In this document: in pieces, positions 38,701 to 51,100 of the stretch
Layout of the letters: each line of letters opens with the position of its first letter
Numbering within the stretch: position 1 is the first letter of the stretch
NCBI RefSeq assembly: GCF_022045235.1
Contig: NW_027266275.1
Location: forward strand, 70,866,001 to 70,930,000
Length of the DNA stretch: 64,000 bases
Direction of reading: 5' to 3'
Source: Haliotis cracherodii
Lineage: Eukaryota
The notes under the pieces: generated by a model
The model's input: only the letters and a program-made list of their open reading frames with translations
Database searches by the model: none
Told to the model about the DNA's origin: nothing
Program-made: the position numbers and the translations under genes

Positions 38701-41700
38701 TCTATTCACCACCAAAGAGCCACACTCATCATCACATATCACTCTTCCACTAACTATACAAGCACATAACGGGAAGAGTAATTACCCATACAGTCCGGCA
38801 CAACCAAGATTAGACTATTATAGACTGCGACTGTATGAAGGCATCAGCATTGATTCATACTTCATGCTAACATCATAATGACAACCTGGCATGGCAGTAA
38901 TGATTGAAGGGTGGTGTGGCTCCCCTAATACAGTGTGATGCAATTACTTCAGCTCCGTTCGACTTGGCTGTTTTTCCGAGTAATTATTTCTGCAGTTCTT
39001 TGATCAGTACTACACTTGAAGAAATAAAAATGTTGTTGCTGTAGCAACAAAATATGATACGAAATAGATTTGTAGCTTGGAATTGCATGTAAATATGCTT
39101 CACACCATTAATCGTTCCGTTTATGTGCCTTAATGCTTATTTATATTCCTGGATTTTAAAGATATTTGCGTGTAGTGCAACAACCGCATTAATGAAACAT
39201 TTGCAGCTCAAGTCTTTGTAATCAATAAAGAAACGGGATATCGTTGCGAAAACAGTCTTGCCAGACCTCCCTTTATAAGCCACCATGTCGAGTAACGATT
39301 TTACATCGCCTCGCGTCTACAAATCTACAAGGTCGAATCTGAAATGTTGACGGAAAGTCGTATATCAAAATAGCCCACAAGCACCGTTATCTGTATGGCT
39401 GTCCTACTTGCAAGGCTGGTCAGGTAATGCTATAAATCCACAACGAAAAATATCTACTCTCAAGCTTATATTACTCAAGGAAACTAAAGCCATCTAGCGG
39501 GAATGCCACCGCTTCATGACAGCCATTTCGACTGGTTTGTCAACTTGTGCTAGATGGCTATAGGTTCATATTCAGTTTTAGAAGAGCTGATTTACTAAAG
39601 CTAAGTACATTTGGAATTATGGGGGTTGGGGATGGGTAGAGTGCATAAACCAGCATTGGCGGCAGAAGCTGGATCCTATGGACTCAAACTCGGATGTTCA
39701 GTGTGGCGAGCAAGCGCACCAGCCTCTACACTAAACAATATTTGAGAAGGAATGGAACGTATATGACTTAAAGATGCATGCTGTCTCGTATTACTTATAC
39801 GCTGTGATGCCCTGTCCGATCTTTATGCTTGACGTGCGGCTTTGTATGGTCAATATTCTGAGGGAATGAACGTCAGCTTCAAGGGCGTAGCGAGGCAAAT
39901 ATAACTCGATGCAGTATATTTCTATCTTACACTCTTGTAAAACACTTCATCAAAAAGAGATCAAACACAAGCAGGCCATTTCGATGCGAAAGATGGCTAC
40001 AGATCGATCTCCAATTATGGTGATGTGTTATGAAAGTCACTGACAGTACATCCGAAAAGGATTCAAAATTTGATCCATATTTAAATCACACCTAAAGTCA
40101 TGTCCATTTCGAAAAATAATAATGTATGATTTACATTCTTTTTAGCGACATGAGCATATCGGCGAGGTAGAATCCAATGTTTTAATTTCTTAAAATGTCT
40201 TTTTTTTAATTATTAACGAACCTAACTTATCATCGACAATTTGCATACAGGAAACCGACGACTGAAAGAAGAACACAATATGGAGTTTTTATTTAATATT
40301 TAACTTAATTAAATTTGATATATTTTTGTAATGATTTCAAAGTGGAAGCACTAGCTTTTGGTGCCACATAGTAGAAGAATAAACATTATACATAAATTCA
40401 CTTAATTTATGAAATAAGTTTATTAGCTTGAATTTACCTGAGGCTGTATGTGGGCATATTCCATAAAGGTTTGTAATAATCATTTTCCATTATTATTAAC
40501 ACATTAAAATAAAAAATGCAGCAACGAGGGTTTGGGTGATCCTGGCACAGTCAGGCTGGTTAGGCTCATCATCAGCTCAGGACCCTAGCCCCCCTTTACA
40601 CGCAACCCAGACAGCGAATGGGACTTTTCACAGAATGCGCTGTCTAGTCAAACCCACCCAGAACGTTTTTGGGAATGTGAACACTCCTCAACACTGCAGC
40701 CTTCTGCATTACCCAGATTGTCAGAAGGGCTGGTTGTAAAGCCATCACAATTAACAGTAAGTGAGTTAAGATTTATAGACTCATCAGGGGTATGTTGGCC
40801 GTATACATGCAGCGACTATAAACCCAAGCTGCAGAGATAAAAATACTTTCTAATGCTAATAGGAGCGTTCATATAACGGAGAGGTGTGAGTTAGAGTAGT
40901 GATTAAAGTTTTCACTTGTCACGCCATTGACCCGGGTTCGATTAATGTCACTCGCGTCACGAATAATTCATGATTTGCGTCAAACATAATCGATTATTGG
41001 TATGCATAATATCGTCTGACGTATTGCACATGTACGAGGGTTGGTCAAAAAGTCCTAAGCCTGACTAACTTTCAACTATGAGCATTAACAAAGTGAACTA
41101 GTTAATGTAGTACATTGTTTGAGTAGTTCATTGCAAGTGTGGGGGCACGGGTGACCCAGTCGTCTAAGGCGCCGCGATTCGCTGTGCAGAGTTGCGTCCC
41201 TGGGGCACGCCAGAAACCTATGATTGTGGGTTCGAATCCCGGTTCGCCCCAATTATGTTTCTAGGTTTGTCAGCACAATACCCGTGCTCGTGGGTTTCAC
41301 CGAAGTGGTAAACGTCTGAGACCTGCATCACTTCGGGCTTTCCTCCCACATTAAGCTGACACGCCGTGATATAACTGGAATACTGTTAAAAGCGGCGTTA
41401 AACCCAACTCACTCACTCACTGCAAGTGTATTTGGTCTGTTGCTTGTATATTGGTGACAAGTTGACCGTGATAAGGGTCCAAATGGACACAGAAATAGAA
41501 AAGAACGAGTACTGAGCAGTCATCAAGTTTGACTTTAGAGAAAAGTACGCCCCAAGAAATTCATAACCGCAAGTGTATGGGAATAAGTGCCCTAGCTATT
41601 CCACAGTGAAACGTTGGGCAGCAATGTTAAAGGCTAGGAGAACAAGCAATGATGACCCTAGGTCTGGACGTCCCTCAACTTCCATCAGTGAAGATTCAAT

Positions 41701-44431
41701 CAAGGAGGTAGAATAACCTCTACTGTCAGATAGACGTATGCCATTGTAGAACTTGTGGAAGACACAGGTCTAAGCTATGGATCCACTGAAACTATTATTC
41801 AAGAACATTTACAGATGAAAAGGATATCTGCTCGTTGGGTGCCAAAGTTCTTAAATTCTGATCTTGAGGAAAAAGGAACTGACATTGCCAGAGAAAATTT
41901 AGACTTAATTCAGGAGGATTTCGTCAAATTCAATATGCGATTAGTAACGGGTGATGAAAACAATGGTCTACCACTATGATCCCGAGTCAAAATGTCAATC
42001 CATGGAATTGCACCATTCTACTTCTCTGGCACCAAAAAAATTCAAGTCTTCAAGATCAGTGAAGAAAGTTATGGCCACTGTATTCTGGGATGAAAATGGT
42101 GTGATCCTTGTTGATTACTTAGAAAGTCAAAAGACGCTTACAGGTGCCTACTTTGTTGATTTGCTTGATCCCCTAAGAGATTCTATCAAAGAAAAGCAGC
42201 GAGGAATGCTGACTGCTGGAGTTCTACTTCATGACAATGCCTCTTCCAACACATCTTGACTTGCAAAGGCTGCTGTGTGACAATGTGGGTTCGAAGAGCT
42301 TCCTCATCCTCCATACTCGCCAGACCTCGCACCAAGTGATTTCCCCGTTTCCTAAACTAAAGGAACGCCTTCTTGGATAGCGCTATGACGACAACGATGA
42401 CCTCAAAGCTGCTGTGAATGAATTTACCAGGTCGGCTTCAGAAAACCTCTTCCTGACTGGAATTGAAAAGCTTCACTATCGATATGAGAAGTGTATTGAA
42501 AAACAGGGAGGTTATGCTGAAAAATAAAATTAAAAACGTAATTGTTGGTTTTGTTTGTTAAGCTCAGAACTTTTTGACCAACCCACTTTTGAATGTTTGA
42601 AAATACACATCAAGATTTAAAGCCACAATATGTAAAGCCTTGTTCTGTACATATTTCAAAGTAAATCTACAAGACGTATTAACATGTACAGGTAAAGGAT
42701 ATAAAGCGCTGAATGTTCTGGAAGACATTTCGTCGTTGACAGTTTCGGGGTAAAGGTTACCAGGGGGGACACGGATGTGTCTGCCTAGTCATCAAGACAC
42801 AATTGAGTAAACACTCCACCCCTTCCTGCCCATCCTTCTCAGCCAATCAGAACACACCTGATAACCCTAACCCTAACCCTAACCCTAACCTAGATGCTGG
42901 CGTGATTCACGTACTTGTGGTAGAGGGGCTAATATATTCAAATAGCCAGCAAAGCATGGGGGGATGGAGAGGAGCATGATGTCACTAGTAGGTGGATGAG
43001 TGAGTGAATTTGGTTTCACGCCGCTTTGGACAGTTTTACTGTTATATCACGGCATGTCAGTTTGATGTTGGGGAAAAGGTATTAGACCTTTACCACTTTG
43101 GTGACACCCACCAGCACGGGTAGGGTGCTGACAAACCTCGACGGATCAAGGGGGAATGAGATTCGAACCCGCTATCACAGACTTCTGGTATGCAACTCAA
43201 GACGACTGGGCCACCGATCCACCGAGAGGTACATAATGTTGGTACATTAAGTATAATTCCACCCAATATTATTACTTATATTATACACTGCGAAAATACT
43301 CATTCTTATTCACAACATTCCGCGCCCCTTGGGGCAATGGCACGCAGACACGTGATACGGAGATGTGATGACAGGATGTTAACAACCCTGCTTGATGGCA
43401 CTGTTGTATATACATGCATAAGCATATACTTGGAGACTAATTCAAACACTGGGATATGTACCTGCACTTAAAGTAGGTCGCACTTATATCATCGCTACAG
43501 CCAAACCGCCAACTGCATAACACGTTGCTAATTACACAAGTATCGATTATAGCAGTTAAATTCACACAAGGAGTGGATTAACTTTGATCGCATATTCTTC
43601 GTTCAGGTAGCTGAATTGGAGTGTGACGTGATTGTGTCTATTCCGGTTATAAATAATAACGGCGTGTGTTTAAACACTTGCTACTGAATATATATAAATC
43701 AGCGTTGGTCCAGGTACATTGAAAAACAATAACAGACTTCATGATACTGATTCAGTTGTTTTTTGCCTTCAAATGTGAAACGGTGAAATCATTTCGATTT
43801 AATTTATACAATATGACATCTTGTTTTAATGGTTTTAAAATAAAAATATTTGATACAGTAATTTCATAATTTCAGAAATATAACAGGAATTAGATTATTT
43901 TATTTATTTATTTATTTATTTGTTTATATATTTAAAATTTGTGTCCACTATATAAAATAAAACATAAAATTAAAGTAATACATATGATATTATGAAGATA
44001 ATGTATATCTACAGGGTGTATGTCTCTAAAACACATTCTAAAGCATATCAGCTATGCAATGTCGGATTCCTGTGATAAAAGCACCCACTGTATACTCAAA
44101 TATTACCTTCCAAACTCACAGTCACTTTGTCATTTACCTGGGTAATCCATCTTTTTACCACAAATGTTCACCTTATTACAGTAATAAAACAATGATTACT
44201 TATCAGTTGTCACTCACCCTGGTTGAGAGATTCAAACACGGCACACGAAGATATTGTTTTGCCACACATTTGCCACAGTCCATGGTATGCCGTCACGCTG
44301 TCCGTTTTAAATAGCGAGTATACTTGTGTCCAGGTAGGGCTCCCATATCCTATCACGTACACACAAAACCCCGCAACTTGTATCATCAAGCCCGATTGAT
44401 ACCGGAGTCCTTTTTCCGACCAGTGAGGCAT
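32792..44431 (-). CDS. Claudin/PMP22-like tetraspan protein, paralog 3 (~243 aa); exons 44431-44218, 37361-37206, 33153-32792
   Basis: Exon 1 reads MPHWSEK...W...GLWQMC-x6-C. Exon 2 reads WHQATRGLATISLIFS... Exon 3 contains LSWGFALAVLG (the PMP22-like pre-TM4 motif) and a tail with PPSYEEA. Introns are phase-1 GT-AG, and an acceptor-like tttccaag lies directly before the ATG. Confidence 0.86.
33585..34085 (-). mobile_element. Meta-like SINE with tail expanded into a 20-bp minisatellite
   Basis: The SINE body (33758-34085) and the (ggggtgaggtgatgtgaaat)n array (33585-33757) both lie inside the 11-bp TSD tggttagtatg. Confidence 0.87.
36322..36532. mobile_element. IS3EU-like MITE
   Basis: TIRs tacggaagccttttagggccattt and aaatggccccaaaaggcttccgta, 6-bp TSD ttttcc, and internal ~21-bp repeats (aaatttcaagatact). 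Confidence 0.72.
37657..37980 (+). mobile_element. Meta-like SINE copy
   Basis: Matches 28896-29230; 9-bp TSD tttcggtcg. Confidence 0.87.
41035..42587 (+). mobile_element. Decayed mariner (DD34D) DNA transposon with pseudogenised transposase
   Basis: TIRs are gggttggtcaaaaagtcctaag and ctcagaactttttgaccaaccc, with TA at the left end. Transposase motifs ARWVPK, LVTGDE, LLHDNA and HPPYSPDLAPSDF are broken by stops and frameshifts. Length is ~1.26 kb after removing the nested SINE. Confidence 0.93.
41141..41420 (+). mobile_element. tRNA(Leu-like)-headed SINE, full length, nested in the mariner
   Basis: A box gtcgtctaaggcgc, B box gggttcgaatccc, a V-domain-like body (gtgggtttc...tttcctcccaca) and a (ctca)n tail. 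The 9-bp TSD tgcaagtgt is at 41132-41140 and 41421-41429. Confidence 0.88.
42862..42890. repeat. Interstitial (CCCTAA)n telomere-like repeat
   Basis: taaccctaaccctaaccctaaccctaacc. Confidence 0.85.
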
Positions 44432-45711
44432 CTTGGAAATGAAATGAACGTCACGGAATGTAATTGACTACATGTTCATGTCGTTGTGTGAAATGTTTAT
44501 CCACGCACTGGCGTCATTCGTTCGTGCCAGGTAGCTGAAATCTACCTGTAGTCCACAGCGCCTTGTTCATGTCAAGCTTGATATGTATGGCAGGTGGGTA
44601 GCCGTTGAACAATGTCTATATCACTGGTGATACTGGTGACTGGTTGACGCAACTGAAATAGCCAGCACCTGTCGGCCATGGACAATCAGCGCGTGAAATC
44701 TACCTGTCGAGACAAACACTGTAGATTAGTGGGTCGCTCGCCTTTACAGTTCAACCAATGCGATACGACGCCCCTTGCTTGTACGATTACCACGAAAATC
44801 AACGAGTTCCTGAATCCGGGGCTGGTAAACCGAAACTGGTTTATTGAACCGGTTTAGTGTGCTGCATATGACAAACATAATGATTTTGAGAGCTTGACTG
44901 CTGTGAGTGGCGCTCAGGGATCATTACTATAATGTGTTTACAATTACATTCACTCAACCGTGTTTAACATTTACAGGGCTTCTATAGACTGCTCAATGGC
45001 GTGTTACGTAACATAAAATTGCTCACCGTAGCATGATACGTAATCTTTATATTTATATTACCAGGTCACTGAATTAGTGCCCGCGTCAAGGTAGGTGAAA
45101 CATATCATGGAAAAACGACTGGGCTTTCATACTTCCTGGACTGTGATATGTGACAGATTCGTTCCTAGATTTTCTCAGATGTGTGGGTGTATATTCATAT
45201 TGTGTAATCACTTTCATTTGGCCAATATATACAACGGCACTGTCATATTTTAAATTACGCATCACAAAATGTCGACTGTATAATCATTCTGACATTCAAA
45301 ATTCACCTGGTGTAGTCCACTGGTCTTCGTGTATAGGGAGATAAGGAATCACATAAAATGTTGGTGGACTACTATTATCCGTGTTTTGTTTTTTTATTCC
45401 GCGTGCATGACGTTGCTACTCAGGTGCGTGTTCAATAATAACGAGCAAAGAAAATAACAAGAGCCGTATTTAAGTCGTCGTTGGAGTTTTGCTTATTTCA
45501 TACGTTTAATACAAATTAATTGGGTTGTTTTTCTGTTACGTAATGACAAATCACACAGTATATTAGCAACCGCCATCTTCACAACATGTACATAATGACA
45601 ACTCACAAAATATTTTATTTTATTATGTAACAACGATCAGATAAAGACCAGACATACAATATGTAAGTGACAATCATTCACACAATACGCAACTATTTGT
45701 AGCGACTTTTG

Positions 45712-45885
45712 AACACAATATGTGTAGGTAACGGCCAATCACACACTATGTAGGTAACGGTTAATCATAGAATATGTTGATAACTGTCATTGTCACAATG
45801 CACGTGTATGTAGGTAGTGGCCAATCACACAATATGTAGGTAACGGCCAATTACACAATATGTAGGTAACGCCCGATAACACAAT
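45712..45885. repeat. Degenerate ~27-bp tandem repeat
   Basis: cacaatatgtaggtaacggccaat recurs. Confidence 0.75.
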
Positions 45886-47939
45886 GCGTTGTAAATGTGC
45901 TTCAAGCACAGAAACAACCCCAGACTCAGTCTTGTCGAGTGAGACAGATAAAATGTCCATGAATTTTACGAGTGTTTCAACTGAATAACACCTTAATATA
46001 TTTTAACAGTTGTACATGTGTTGTTATTCTCATAACGCTAAAGATTTTTTTATCGTCCATCAGTACACTTAAACTCATCTACAAAGTACACACTCTACAT
46101 GTATATCTACATGTATATACCCTATTCATCAGCCATAACATCACATGTGTTTGCTAACGATATAAGACTTTTCATGTGCATTTCATAGAGTTTACTTACG
46201 GTTTTAAAATATAAATTACAACATAAAGCAGATAATATAATCATCACTTGTTAATTATAGATTTTGCTGTTGTTTAAATCAATTTAATTGGGCGAAAATA
46301 GACCTTTGTGGTCCAAGCCGCTCTAAAACTCAAATAGCAGGTTGTATTATTGTTTTGAGTCAACTATACATACCGGTGTTACAAATGTCGAGATAGGCTT
46401 CCTCAATTTCTTTACAACGGTAAAATGGTCTGCAACTTAATCAAACATATCCAGTAAGTACATTTGACTATTTACGTCTCATCAATATAATGTTTAATTT
46501 CTCCAATCATTATCTTTATATTTCACCTCTTTAACATATCTATTTCCGTCAATTTGTTATCGTTTTATTATGTATCATGCATTGCGATAATGTTGATTAC
46601 GAAAAAACGAGGTTGTAGTAACTATTTTGAGGAGCAAAAGAAAGTATACCGAGTCTGTAATTAAAAACTGAAAGAACTCTTGTTAAATTTGAATATGTGT
46701 ATTAAAACCTTCACTCATTCTTGCAATAGTTTATAAAATGTAGTCTGTGATTTTGTGAAAAAATAGATTAGTTTAATAAAGACTGGTGAAAGAAATGAAT
46801 TTTGCATCCACATGACCTCTGTCATGTCTGAAATATTTTGTGCAGAAAAACCCCAGCAAATGTATAGATTTTCAAAGATAGGATTTTAATAGTTTTTTAG
46901 CATGCGACGAAAAAAATTTTTTTTTTTTTTTATATCAAATCATATTTTAAAAAATAAAACCATGTCGAAGTATTTTTTGAGTGCTGACTAAGCGCCAGTA
47001 TAGTTCATTTTTTTTATATAATAACATAATAACTTAAGATATTTTCAGTTCAAAATCAAACATTGTTAAGATCAACTGAGAGGTATAGGTTTCTTTGCTC
47101 CTCAGTTAATGATCCCATGCATGGCATCATATGTCATCCATGCATGTCACTCTATGTCATGTATCCACATGTATTCACATGTATAATGTATACACTGATA
47201 TCTCGGTGACTTTAATAGTGAGTTTGCAGAGGGGATTTGTTGAACTAGTTCCAACATATGAACACGTGGGGACATTGTTTACAAAACAAATTTTATTTTC
47301 TCATTACTTGTATATAATTCCTATGCCCTGTACATTTATTCTGCACTATCATTATTCACATATTACATTGTAAAGAACTCTATATAGGAGAAGGCCTCGT
47401 AAGTGCGTCATTTGTGCCTAATCCATTTGATTTTCCGCAATAAAATATGTTTAAATATAAAATAACAACACAAAAGAGTTTACACTCATAATATTACTAC
47501 TGCGGGGACTACTTAACGTTATTTATGGAATTTAAATCTGAGTTCTAATGACAGTCATAGGTGTTTTGTTGGATTTAAATGAGGCTGTTGTGTTATTTCT
47601 TTATTTAACTACACTAAAGTCTTATGGTTCACATATCCGTTTCATAATGTTTGTGAAATTGCTGTAAAAGAAGTTAGTGTCTCGTGGCCAATCTTCTTCT
47701 ACTTCTTTTAAAGGTTTACAAATAGTCATTTATATGCGCCATATATGAAAATGTAACTGTCCTCTTCCCTCGATCACAATGCTTCTGATGACAATAACAA
47801 GTGCCTTACAGCGGGAGAGATCTAGACTGGATCAAGCGACTAACATGTTGATGGCCAACATATGCACCATGCATTAGTTTGTCGTAAGTCAAAATCCGTC
47901 CAGATACTGGTGTTGAGGGAAAATGTTTTAGCGGTACTC

Positions 47940-48012
47940 ATTTCGCGTAAAGGAAAATATTATCTCCCCAAATATACCTGACGTCATAACAACACAAAAT
48001 GGTGCTTTCCCG
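47940..48012 (+). promoter_or_regulatory. Possible IAP proximal promoter motifs
   Basis: A perfect CRE palindrome (tgacgtca) at 47979-47986, ~120 bp before the ATG, plus tttcgcg (E2F-like) and aaaatgg (YY1-like). These are motif matches only. Confidence 0.3.
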
Positions 48013-48104
48013 CATTGTTTGACAACTGAGGGTACATCGTTATTTTTGTTTACATTTGCAAAACTTTGGATTATACGTTGTTATCAACCTTGGAGTTTAT
48101 CGCA

Positions 48105-51100
48105 ATGGAGTCTTCTTCGAGCACTGACATGTCGCTAGAGATGATCAGGGTGGCATCATTTGGTCAAAACCCTCTAAAACCGGTGACCTCATTTCACGGA
48201 ATCACCGATTTTACACCAATTCCATCTTCTCTGAAGCTTTCAAAAGCAGGATTCTACCGGGATCCAAGCTCGGAAGGGGATGAAGTAAGATGTTTTTCGT
48301 GTGGCCTAGTCATGAAGGACTGGAGCGCGTATTATGGTGAGTCTCCGTTTTCTGTACACTTGTGTCGCAGTCCAGAATGTCAGTACATCAGCTGTCAAAG
48401 TAACGTCGTTTCAAGTGATGAAGATGAACCTAGTCCCTGCTTTACCAGAACCCTGACCCCACAATCGCCCGAATTGTTCCTTACAGCAGCAGAATCTACG
48501 ATCGTAAGACGTCAGTTGTTTCCAGAAGATAATTATGTCCGCCCAAATGACAATAGTTTGACAAATTCTCAAGTTCAATCAAGTATCAAACTACCATTTA
48601 ACCCAAAGTTTGGCAACAGTGATATGCTTTTTGAAAGCAAGCGACATGCCACATTTGCAGCTAAACCGTGTCTCAAAGCAAAAGAATTGGCGTCCAATGG
48701 ATTTATCATGTTGACAGGGGATAATATTGGTTGTGTATTCTGTGGTAAACAAACCACCTGTCCTACAGCTGAGTGTACAACACCTGTGAAGGATATACAT
48801 AGGGCACTGAACCCAAACTGCTCATTCTTCAGAGGATTTGATGTAAGCAATGTGTCATGTGTGTTGGAAGAGTCCATAAGGAGAGACAATGAGTGTAGTG
48901 ACAGTAACACTTCTAGTGACAGTGAGGAAGATGTTAACAATACAACAAGTTCAAGTGCGCCGTGCATGTTCCACAATCCCTATTTTGAGGATTTCACAGT
49001 TCGGAGGGAAACATTCAAGGATTGGCCTCCACAGATGAAACCAACAGCACAGCAGCTTTCTGAAGCTGGTTTCTATTACACAGGTTGAACATCTTAATTT
49101 TCTTACCATTACTTTGACTATATGTTTTACCATGCTGACAAATTACAACAGTAATTGACAGTCAGCATGGTTAGTGGCAGTTCAATTAAACCATAATTGA
49201 AAAGATCTTTTACCATGTTTACACATATATAAATTACATATATTTTTTTATATTCTATCCACGAATCTGTTATAATGATCATTTTTGTATGCACAGGGAA
49301 GAGTTGAGTGTTAATGTTAAACGTTTTAAACACGTTATATGGGTTATATTCATTGTAAACTTGTTTAATCCATTAAATCTGTTTAATCAATATGTTGCGG
49401 TAGAGTAGACACTTTTAATATTTATGATTAATGTTTCAAATCATATATACTTTCATTTAGTCATGTTGATGCAGGTAAAAATACAAACGATTAATTTTTC
49501 AAATCATAAATATTTTCATTGGGTTCAGATTCACTGTTTTGGGTATGAGTCCTCCAATCGATTAGGTACGAGTGGGTATGGGTTATCCAACATTTGGGTG
49601 TGGATCTCCGTGGGTATGGACTGTCCACAAATGGTCCCGTTCTAGTTATAGATTACTTTTTCCCCTTTCTGTCGACATGTTTGATATGCAATAACTATTA
49701 TTATTATTATTTCCCAAACAGAACATGACGGTTAATTACTATGATTACTCGTCACTGTAAACATGGTCATGATGATTTATCAGCATTGATCAATTGTGTG
49801 TTGTCCATGTTATCATTTTGTAGCTGTATGTTTAGAAGTGTTAATAAATCACCTTGAACAGGGTTAATTAACATGATTTATTTAACATTGTTAATCATAT
49901 TACATTTCACATGTTTCATTGAGCAGTTATTGACAAAGTTCTTATAATTGTGTTGACTGTTGCAGGGACGTTTGACAAAGTGGCGTGCTTCACCTGTGGC
50001 TGCAGCCTCAGTAAGTGGCAGACAGATGCTGATGCACTGGTCCAACATGCCAAGCACTCCCCCAGCTGTCTCTACCTGCGACAACTATCTCAGTATCACG
50101 ACATCAAGCAGCTCGCCATGGAGACACAGGTACGTACATTGCTGAACACAGTCACCTCATCGTGCTGAGACAGCTTTGAAGTCTTCCAACAAATGGTCAA
50201 CTAATGTCATGTGTAATAGCCAGAAAGATGCATAGGATAACCTGAAAGGACAGGGGATACAGTGCATGTGGCAGTGTGTACAGAGACAATTTTCCCAAAG
50301 TGCATGAACCTGTATTACCATGATCATGATGATACATATATTATTATCTCATGATTGAATAGATTCCATGATCTGTTCCTTAGTTAATTATATATCGAGA
50401 ATTAAAAGTAACACAGGAGACACTTTGTCCGAGCAGTAAGAGATATATGATTCAGCCAGGCCAACATTTTTCGTGTTAATCAAGGGAGGTAATAATTGCA
50501 ACACATCGAACATGTTGAACAGGATTTTAACTATGTTATCATGGTTTTGGGGTTAAGTTAGTAATATAAACAATAATTTGTTATCAGGCAAGGCTTAAAA
50601 CGGTTATAACTTTACAGGTTGTCTGATACTCAAATTGAAATGTTAAGAAGTTAGAATGTAGAAAGAGTGTCTCTTTTTGTGTTTTTTTTCCATATGACCC
50701 CAATAAAGGTTTTTTCAAAGTACAATTTGTCACATGCTGACATTGTTACTGAATAAAGGCCCAAAATTGTTTTTGATCCCTGTCCACCATACCATGTGTA
50801 TACAGAGAAATAATATTTCTGATACTGATTCCATCATGTCTATGTTTAACAGTAATTCAGAGATTCTATAATCAGCAATAAATGTTTGTGAAAATGTCAT
50901 TGAAATACCACTTAACATTACCCAGTTAATCCAGTTGATTGTGATGATAACTGTGAACATGGTGAACTTTTTCTTTTCCAGGAGATGACAACCTGTGAAA
51001 TGCCAACTGAAGGTGAGACATGTTTTTCTTTCTATTACCAGTAATTGTTCACATTGTTTTGTTTCACCTACATCATTATTTGTAGTTTGTCTTTGTGTGC

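Noticed and set aside
48066-48104. TTG start given by the ORF track for the IAP
   Set aside because: This is a eukaryotic gene; the first in-frame ATG is at 48105.
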